A stretch of 64,000 nucleotides of DNA from NCBI GenBank assembly GCA_040218735.1, contig JAVJQW010000023.1:416001-480000 (forward strand). The letters run 5' to 3'. The position numbers were made by a program, and so were the translations under genes. Numbering within the stretch: position 1 is the first letter of the stretch; every line of letters starts with the position of its first letter. Shown here piece by piece: positions 57,153-64,000 of the stretch. This DNA comes from Deltaproteobacteria bacterium (GTDB lineage: Bacteria; Myxococcota; Kuafuiibacteriia; Kuafuiibacteriales; Kuafuiibacteriaceae). The notes beneath the pieces are model-generated. The model did not search any database, had not been told where the DNA came from, and saw only the letters and a program-made list of their open reading frames with translations.

Positions 57153-58232
57153 ATGATGATGCAGATCCACCGTTGGTGTTGGCTCCTTCTCTTCCTGGCC
57201 GTGGCTGGCTGCGGCACCGGCGACGACGATGTGATCGACCGCGATGGGGGAGCAGCGACGCACGACGGTGGTGAAACGCGCGACGCCGGCGTTGGCGACG
57301 GCGGCCCACGAGACGCGGGCGCGAGGGACGCGGGCTTCTACGACGGCGGACCACGAGACGCAGGCGGCACCGACGCCGGAGACCGCGACGCGGGCCCTGG
57401 CGACGGCGGCCCACGAGACGCGGGCGGCACCGACGCAGGTCCGCACGACGCAGGCGCCAACGACGCCGGGTCCACGGACGCCGGTTTCCGCGACGGCGGT
57501 GTCCGCGATGGCGGACCACGCGACGCAGGCTGCACCCCGACGGGCGCCGAGGTGTGCGACGACATCGACAACGACTGTAACGGCCTCACCGACGACCTGG
57601 ACGTCGGCGGCGACGGCATCTACGACTGCCTCTCGATCGCGATCCTCGGCGCACCCGGCGTGCACCCGACCTCCAACTTCGAGGCGTGGCTCAGCTCGAA
57701 CGGCGTCACGGTCGTGCGACTACAGGCGACGGGCACCGCGTCGATCTCGGCGTCAACACTCGCCCCCTACGACATCGTGATCGTCGACCGACTCATTCGT
57801 AACTACCAGCCCGCGGAGGCTGCGCACGTCGAGGCGTGGGTCGCGGGCGGCGGTGGGTTGATGGCCATGAGCGGTTACACCGGAGCGGCGTCGGACATCG
57901 ATCGTCCGAACTCACTCCTCTTGGACGTCGGTGTCTCGTACGTCTCTGGTCTACTGAATGGACCGGTCACGACCTTCGTGCCACACGCAATCACGAGCAG
58001 CATCACGTCGGTCACCTTCAACGGTGGCTTCCGCGTCGCCGCGACAGCACCCGGCGCCCAATTCGTCGCGTCCCTCGCGTCGGGCCCCGTGGCCGTGGTC
58101 GACGAGCGGGGCGCAGGCCGGGTGTTCCTGTGGGGCGACGAGTGGATCGAGTTCAACTCGGTCTGGCAGGGTGATCCGGACGTTCCGCTGCTGTGGGCGA
58201 ACATCCTGGGTTGGCTGGCGCACTTCAGGTAG
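57153..58232 (+). CDS. Lipoprotein with RDAG/DGG repeats, Cys/Asp metal-binding motif and GATase-like C-terminal domain
   Basis: VAGC lipobox; about 18 DAG/DGG units; EVCDDIDNDCNGLTDD; WVAGGGGLM, GRVFLWGDEW. Confidence 0.75.
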   Translation: MMMQIHRWCWLLLFLAVAGCGTGDDDVIDRDGGAATHDGGETRDAGVGDGGPRDAGARDAGFYDGGPRDAGGTDAGDRDAGPGDGGPRDAGGTDAGPHDAGANDAGSTDAGFRDGGVRDGGPRDAGCTPTGAEVCDDIDNDCNGLTDDLDVGGDGIYDCLSIAILGAPGVHPTSNFEAWLSSNGVTVVRLQATGTASISASTLAPYDIVIVDRLIRNYQPAEAAHVEAWVAGGGGLMAMSGYTGAASDIDRPNSLLLDVGVSYVSGLLNGPVTTFVPHAITSSITSVTFNGGFRVAATAPGAQFVASLASGPVAVVDERGAGRVFLWGDEWIEFNSVWQGDPDVPLLWANILGWLAHFR

Positions 58233-58237
58233 CGCGG

Positions 58238-59455
58238 CTAGTCACAAACCTCGATGGGTTCGAAGGTCGCGTACCCGATCGCGTAGGTGGACGCGTCGAC
58301 CAGCGCGTAGTTCCACGCGAGGATGCCGTCTTCGAACGCCACGCCCTGCGCGGGTGAGATCGAGTCGCAGCAATCACACGGCGGGCCGACCTCGGCGACG
58401 ACCGTCTCGAGGTCTTCGTCCGGATCCCAGAGTCGGACGGTACCGGTGCCAACGCCGCGGCAGAGTGCGTCGGGATTGTCGAAGTGCACGTACGCGACGA
58501 GCCCATTGGAGAGTCGCGCCATCGTGATGATGCCGACTTCAGGGTCGCGCTCGAAGCGCTCGCCGTCGATCAAGACTTCGATCGACGCACCATGATTCTG
58601 CCCCGGCGGTGCACACGTCGAGACGAAATCCCCCGCGTCCACGTCGCGGAGCCGACAGCCCGCCGAGCCGCCGAGGACTTCCGTCTGCTGCGTGCTCAGG
58701 TCGAAGCGCGAGACGCGATCGCCCGTGAAGTACAGCGCGCCGCCGGTGAGGAGCGGCGGCGCGACGTAGGCCCCGCGCGGCGTGAGCGAGCGCCGGCCCG
58801 ACGCGACGTCGACGACCTCGATCGCGCGCCCTTGGCCAGAGCCGCCCTCCGCGAAGAACGCGACGTGCCCCGAACCGAACACCGCGTTGAAGGCCGCGGA
58901 CGGTCCACCGATAAGGTACGGCCGACGACCGGGTGTCCACGCGCGGAGCCCTTCGCTCGAATAGACGATCCCCGTCCGATCGATCAGCTGCCGCTCGGCG
59001 CCCAGGCCGCTCCCGTAGGGGCGTGGATCGAACGGTACGCCCGCGATCTGCTCGGTGCCGACGTCCGGGTGCTCGAAGAAGAGCGTCAGCCCGTCGGACG
59101 TGTGCTCGGTCCACGCGACCGCGCCGTCGCGTGCGTCGACGAGGCGCCGGTGACTTCGCTCCGCCCGGAAGGGGGATGAGATCTCGGTGTCGACGTCGAT
59201 GACCGCGATCCCATCGAGCTGGCCACGCGCGAAGGCGTGGTAGACCCGGCCGCCGCTGACGTACGGTGCATCGATGTACGCGTCGGTCACGATGCGAACG
59301 TTGGGCTCGTAGCGAACGATTCGGCAGGTGGGCTCGGGCGTCGTCGGATTCGTAGGCGTCGTCGGCGTGGTGGTGTTCGGGTCGACGCGACGCAGCGGCT
59401 CGGACCGACCACAGCTCACGAGCGTCAGAGCGAGGAGGAGGCAGAGGTGACGCAT
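58238..59455 (-). CDS. Hypothetical lipoprotein (probable beta-propeller)
   Basis: MRHLCLLLALTLVSC lipobox; Thr/Pro linker; beta-rich body. Confidence 0.65.
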   Translation of the reverse strand: MRHLCLLLALTLVSCGRSEPLRRVDPNTTTPTTPTNPTTPEPTCRIVRYEPNVRIVTDAYIDAPYVSGGRVYHAFARGQLDGIAVIDVDTEISSPFRAERSHRRLVDARDGAVAWTEHTSDGLTLFFEHPDVGTEQIAGVPFDPRPYGSGLGAERQLIDRTGIVYSSEGLRAWTPGRRPYLIGGPSAAFNAVFGSGHVAFFAEGGSGQGRAIEVVDVASGRRSLTPRGAYVAPPLLTGGALYFTGDRVSRFDLSTQQTEVLGGSAGCRLRDVDAGDFVSTCAPPGQNHGASIEVLIDGERFERDPEVGIITMARLSNGLVAYVHFDNPDALCRGVGTGTVRLWDPDEDLETVVAEVGPPCDCCDSISPAQGVAFEDGILAWNYALVDASTYAIGYATFEPIEVCD

Positions 59456-59531
59456 CTCGAGCCCATGGTACACGCCCCGCCCGCTCGCGCTACGGTGACG
59501 CGGCGCAGAACGCGTGGTATCGGCGCGATTC

Positions 59532-60176
59532 ATGACGAGCTTCATCGGCCTGATTTCGCTGATCGGCACGGCCACGACGACCGCGGGTGTGATGGTGAAC
59601 CCAGCGCCCGTCGAGGTGGTGTGCAAGTGTGAACCGGTCGCCGCGAAACCCACGGCCACGGAAGAAGCCATCGTCATCGCGGACAAGGGTGACTACGGAC
59701 TCTCGTTTCGCTTCGGTGGCCTGGCGAGCCTCTCGCTCGATGGTGACACGCGCGTGGTGTCGAACTTTCCGATCACGCAGGTGGGGCTGAAGATCGTTCG
59801 GAGTCGCGCGCTGCACATTCCAATCTCGTTCGGCTTCGCGTTCCGCGACGTCACGGACGGAGGCGGGCGCAACGACGCGGTCGTCGGCTTCGACCTCAAC
59901 GGCGGCATCGAATATCACTTCCGCATCTGGCGCAGGATCGCGCCGTACGCCGGAGTGACGTTGGGGCTCGGCTACACCGACATCGAAAACGACGCGCTGA
60001 TCGGGTTCGGGATCGGGCCCGTGCTGGGCGTCGAGTACTACGTCGCCGACCGAGTGAGTGTGGGCGCCGAGTACGCCTTCTCCTTTCAGATCGCGAAGCT
60101 GACCGACGGCGACGAAAAACTCATCAACCTGAGCACATCCGCCGCCGGACAGGCGCACCTGACGGTATACTTCTGA
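59532..60176 (+). CDS. Outer-membrane beta-barrel protein
   Basis: Alternating amphipathic strands (GGIEYHF, APYAGVTLG, LGVEYYV, SVGAEY); C-terminal Phe (LTVYF). Confidence 0.75.
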   Translation: MTSFIGLISLIGTATTTAGVMVNPAPVEVVCKCEPVAAKPTATEEAIVIADKGDYGLSFRFGGLASLSLDGDTRVVSNFPITQVGLKIVRSRALHIPISFGFAFRDVTDGGGRNDAVVGFDLNGGIEYHFRIWRRIAPYAGVTLGLGYTDIENDALIGFGIGPVLGVEYYVADRVSVGAEYAFSFQIAKLTDGDEKLINLSTSAAGQAHLTVYF

Positions 60177-60182
60177 CGCAAC

Positions 60183-60710
60183 GTGATGCGCTTCGTACCG
60201 CACCTCGCCGTGGGCCTCGTCGCGCTGATCGCCGCGTGTGACACCGGCGCGCCCCCCGAGGAGCTCTACTACGGCCCGAAGGGCAAGCGCCTCGCGCCGC
60301 AGCCGTTCCCGCCGGGGCCCGAGGGGCCTTGGCTTCAGACGCGCGCGTCCGGCGAGCCGCGCGACGACGGCGTCCTCTTCGACCGCGGTACGCTCTGCGT
60401 CGTCGACCTCGACGAGGATCCCTACGAACAGTTCACCGTCGATTGTGAGTGCGGTGGTAGCTACGACTTCCGCGATGGCTTCGTCGAGCTCACGCTCGAC
60501 GGCGGGAACGTCGTGGCCACGGCGCCCTACGAGCTCCGCGACAACGGCAACGTGCTCGCGTTCGGAGAGTTCGGAGAAGCCACACGCTTCGACCTCCTCG
60601 AGGGGGCGCCCGACCACTACGAGCTCCTCGTGCGCCCCACGAAGATGTTCACGATCGACGACTGCAGTGGTGACCTCAGCCCCCGCGTGGTCATCGTGAC
60701 GGGGCCCTGA
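60183..60710 (+). CDS. Hypothetical lipoprotein
   Basis: IAAC lipobox; 6 nt after the barrel gene. Confidence 0.65.
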   Translation: MMRFVPHLAVGLVALIAACDTGAPPEELYYGPKGKRLAPQPFPPGPEGPWLQTRASGEPRDDGVLFDRGTLCVVDLDEDPYEQFTVDCECGGSYDFRDGFVELTLDGGNVVATAPYELRDNGNVLAFGEFGEATRFDLLEGAPDHYELLVRPTKMFTIDDCSGDLSPRVVIVTGP

Positions 60711-60766
60711 GCACTCGACGTAATTCTTGTGGTCACGTTCTGGTCCGCGATGGCACTCACACTTTG

Positions 60767-62221
60767 ATGCTACGCCCCCTGCTCTCTTCGCTCCTGCTGA
60801 CCTCCGTCGCTTGTGTGGCGGCCCCGTACAACAATACGCAGGTCGGCAACGAGCAGCAGACGATCAACTTCCGCGGCTACTGGCTCGCGTCCGGTTCGCA
60901 GATGCAGATCCTGGCCAGCGCGAACCCGAACGGGCCGTTCACCCAGATCGCTACCGCCTACACCGGGACCGACGGCTACACCTACCCGGACGGGCTGACG
61001 GTCTACTTCTTCGAGGCCGCGATCAACGTGCCCGCGCAGTATTGGAGCGGTGACGAATGCACGGGTCGGCAGACCTACCTGCGGGCGAAGAACGGCCCCG
61101 TGTGGACCGTCCCGAGCCTCGATGCGATCGCGCCGAGCGGCGAGAGCCCGTACGCGTGCATCCAGAATCGCGTGAACAACGGGTGGTCGACGATCGACGC
61201 CGTCAACTACTGCAAGTCACCCGACTCGCCCAACGTGCGGTTGTTCACCGCCGCGAGCACCGGACCCAGCGCGTACATCGGCAACGTCACCATCGCGACC
61301 GCCGCGGACGAAAAGTACTGGTCTTGCCTCGAAACTCTGCAGGGCAACATGACGGTCTCCACGCTGAGCCCCGACGACGTCAGCCTGCCCCGCCTGCAGC
61401 AGATCACCGGGGACCTCTCGGTCGTCTACGATCGGTTCCCGCTGACCGCCGGCGAGGAGGCCTCCTATCTCTTCGAGGTCCCCAACCTCACCACGATCAC
61501 GGGAGACTTCGTCGTGACTTCACCGGCGATCACCCCCGGCTACTGGGGGCGCGTCGCGCTCGGCCTCGACGGGCTTACGAGCTTGCAAGGTGACTTGCAG
61601 ATTCAGATCGACGCCGGCAACGTCAGCCTGACCGGCCTCTCCGCGCTGAACGCGGTGGGGGGTGACTTGATCTTCGACGGGGGCACCGGTGACGCCGACA
61701 TGGATCAATTCGCCAGCGCGCTCACGCAGGTGGGTGGTGACTTGGAGGTCGACGCCGGTAACAACGTCCAGCAGCTCCTGAGGACCCTGCAGACCGTCGG
61801 CGGAGACTTCAGGCACCTCGACGGCAACCCCTACGCGACGGGCTCGGCGACGGACTCCTATCGCGACCTCCAATCCGTGGGTGGTGATCTAGTCCTGCAG
61901 GACGGTGTCATCCAGGGCCCCGGGACGTTCCCGCTCATGCCGAACCTCACCAGCATCGGTGCGACGCTCGAATATCGCCAGATGAACGGCCCGACGTCAC
62001 TGCGCGTGGGTGGGCGAGGGCTGAGCGTTGGCGGGCTCCTCGTCGAGAACAACTCCGCGCTCATCACCTTCGGCGGCAGCAACACCTCGGTGGCTCCGAC
62101 CGGTCCGATTCAGGTGACCAACAATCCCAACCTCTGCGTCTCGACCATCAACGCGTTCGTCGCGGGTCAGTCGGGTTGGACGGGCACGCTCACCCAGAGC
62201 GGCAACGACCCGGGCTGCTGA
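60767..62221 (+). CDS. Lipoprotein with receptor-L-domain-like leucine-rich solenoid
   Basis: SVAC lipobox; repeated LxxLxxIxGDLxI units; ends IQVTNNPNLC. Confidence 0.75.
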   Translation: MLRPLLSSLLLTSVACVAAPYNNTQVGNEQQTINFRGYWLASGSQMQILASANPNGPFTQIATAYTGTDGYTYPDGLTVYFFEAAINVPAQYWSGDECTGRQTYLRAKNGPVWTVPSLDAIAPSGESPYACIQNRVNNGWSTIDAVNYCKSPDSPNVRLFTAASTGPSAYIGNVTIATAADEKYWSCLETLQGNMTVSTLSPDDVSLPRLQQITGDLSVVYDRFPLTAGEEASYLFEVPNLTTITGDFVVTSPAITPGYWGRVALGLDGLTSLQGDLQIQIDAGNVSLTGLSALNAVGGDLIFDGGTGDADMDQFASALTQVGGDLEVDAGNNVQQLLRTLQTVGGDFRHLDGNPYATGSATDSYRDLQSVGGDLVLQDGVIQGPGTFPLMPNLTSIGATLEYRQMNGPTSLRVGGRGLSVGGLLVENNSALITFGGSNTSVAPTGPIQVTNNPNLCVSTINAFVAGQSGWTGTLTQSGNDPGC

Positions 62222-62285
62222 TCCTCTACCGAGGTGACCTGCAGGCCAGCTTGACGTGAGGGCCGAGGCTTCGCAGGGTCTCGGC

Positions 62286-64000
62286 ATGGATTCACGCTGG
62301 GTCATCGCAACGGTACTCACCACGACGTTGGTGGCGTGCTCGGACGACGATGCAAAACTACAGGCGCCGCTGGCGCTACTCACCCAGCAGCTCGCCGAGG
62401 GCGTGATCTTCGAGGACTATGAGTTCTCGCTCGAAGCAGCGGGCGGCGTCGTGCCGCACACCTGGTCGATCGCGGCTGGAGAGCTCCCTGTCGGCCTGAA
62501 GTTGGACGGCGCTCGAATCACCGGACGCCCAACCCGCGTCGGGACCTCGACCCTCACCGTGCGCGTCATCGATGACGCACAAGCCTCCGCGACGCGCGAG
62601 CTACCAATTCGAATCAACGCGGTGGAGATCGAGCCGCTCGCGAACGCGTGCGAATCCGGCTTCGGCGTCGAGCTCGACGACCGCACCGCAACGTACATGG
62701 CCCGTCTGCCCGACGAACCGACCGACGACGACGCCGTGGCCTGTGGAACCGACGACGGGGACGCGTGGGCCCGCTTCAACCTCGTGCTCATCAACCAGAG
62801 CCACGTCGAGATCCGCTTGGCGGGCGACGTCCTGGCCGCGTTCGGGGATCAGTGTCCGCTCGACGAACGAGGAACGCAGGTCTGCGGCAACGCGCTCGAC
62901 CTCACGCTGCATCCGGGCACCTACCGCGTGGGCGTCTTCGGCGACCCCTCGACGCTGTTCGAGCTCACCATCACCGCGCGTCCGCGACAGATCGACCCCG
63001 ACGCAGAGGGCACCTGCACGAACCCCATCGAAGTCACGCTCGCCCGCGGACAGAACGACCTGATGGGTGACTTCGACGACCTCGACGCCGACACTCTTGG
63101 GCAACTCTGCGCGGGGCCCTATCGTCGCGACGTCGTTTACCAACTCACGCTGAACGAACGCTCGGCCCTCTACCTCGACGCCCAGGACAGTTTGCACTTC
63201 GGATTCTTGAACGGCGGCTGTGAATCGGACGCCCACATCTGCGGTAGCAACTCCGATCCGATCTTCCTCGACGACGTGGCCCCCGGGACCTACCCCCTCA
63301 TCCTGGAGGAGCGGAACAACCACCACACGTATCACATGCAAATCACCCGGTTCGACTACGTCCCACGGCCCGCCAACGACCGCTGCCAGGGTGCCGAGGT
63401 GCTCGACCTGTCGTCGGGACCGGCGCGTGTCTCGGGCCGGTGGCTCGGCGCGGCCCCGGAGTCCGGCGCCGGCTGTGGCGGTCAGCGCGCGCGCTTCTAC
63501 AGCGTGACGTTGGACGAACCCGCGAGCCTGGACATCACCGACGCCAACGACGACAGCAGGATCCAGATCTTGGACGGTTGCGGCGGAGCCGAGCTCGCCT
63601 GCAACAACCGCGACGTGTGCCCCGCGTCGCTGGACGCCGGCACCTACGTCATCCGCGTCTCACACACGAACAGCGATCGCTTCTTCGGTTCGTTCGACCT
63701 CACGGTCGCACGCGGCGAGGCCGTGCCGCGCCCCACCAACGATACATGCGCCACGGCCGAAGCGGTGACTCCGAGCGAAGGCCTCGCGTCGGTGAGCGGG
63801 TCGATGCTCTACGCCGAGCCGGATCCGGTCGCGCCACAGTGCGGGAGCTCCAGCCGAGGCGACGTCTACTACGCGCTGACGCTCGCCGAGCGCTCGGACG
63901 TATCACTCAGGATGGCCAACGACTCGGGTCTGTCGGCGTCGTTGTTCTCCGGAAGCTGCACGAACCCGACGGGCGGCGTCTGTCTGGACCGCCTCGGCTC
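62286..64000 (+). CDS. Lipoprotein with putative Ig (He_PIG-like) domain and PPC-like Cys-containing repeats; runs off the 3' end (absent from the ORF track)
   Basis: Manual translation from ATG 62286: MDSRWVIATVLTTTLVAC..AAGGVVPHTWSIAAGELPVGL..ITGRPT..; later PANDRC, DVVYQLTL, PGTY motifs. Confidence 0.75.
   Translation, partial: MDSRWVIATVLTTTLVACSDDDAKLQAPLALLTQQLAEGVIFEDYEFSLEAAGGVVPHTWSIAAGELPVGLKLDGARITGRPTRVGTSTLTVRVIDDAQASATRELPIRINAVEIEPLANACESGFGVELDDRTATYMARLPDEPTDDDAVACGTDDGDAWARFNLVLINQSHVEIRLAGDVLAAFGDQCPLDERGTQVCGNALDLTLHPGTYRVGVFGDPSTLFELTITARPRQIDPDAEGTCTNPIEVTLARGQNDLMGDFDDLDADTLGQLCAGPYRRDVVYQLTLNERSALYLDAQDSLHFGFLNGGCESDAHICGSNSDPIFLDDVAPGTYPLILEERNNHHTYHMQITRFDYVPRPANDRCQGAEVLDLSSGPARVSGRWLGAAPESGAGCGGQRARFYSVTLDEPASLDITDANDDSRIQILDGCGGAELACNNRDVCPASLDAGTYVIRVSHTNSDRFFGSFDLTVARGEAVPRPTNDTCATAEAVTPSEGLASVSGSMLYAEPDPVAPQCGSSSRGDVYYALTLAERSDVSLRMANDSGLSASLFSGSCTNPTGGVCLDRLG

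Noticed and set aside
57290-57530. Short direct repeats resembling a CRISPR array
   Set aside because: In-frame coding repeats (DGGPRDAG) without unique spacers or cas genes

Overview
High-GC bacterial DNA whose gene content (Glt/Agl-type TPR cluster, Cys-rich and RDAG-repeat lipoproteins) points to Myxococcota. That taxonomy is an inference. The window holds: a glycosyltransferase-associated cluster (1-6.3 kb); a Glt/Nfs-like envelope operon plus RNase D (6.9-21.2 kb, minus strand); a 2520-aa SpvB/FG-GAP/Rhs polymorphic toxin with an enlarged pretoxin-HINT domain, an unrecognised 107-aa tip and a Cys-rich candidate immunity gene (22.7-31 kb); an FG-GAP gene split by one in-frame TAG; ggt; an S41 peptidase; a 1796-aa LruC/Gly-rich repeat surface protein; a candidate PD-(D/E)XK nuclease toxin pair; and many secreted proteins and lipoproteins. 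The strongest discovery candidate is an apparently complete retron at 47.9-49.7 kb. It has a retron-type RT (NAxxH, YADD, VTG motifs) and an upstream msr-msd RNA readable by eye (perfect 10-bp a1/a2 repeat, unpaired branching G, two msr hairpins, long msd hairpin). A tightly coupled downstream 157-aa acidic ORF matches no retron effector family I recognise. No rRNA, tRNA, CRISPR array or transposase was seen. All calls come from motif reading only; no database searches were run.
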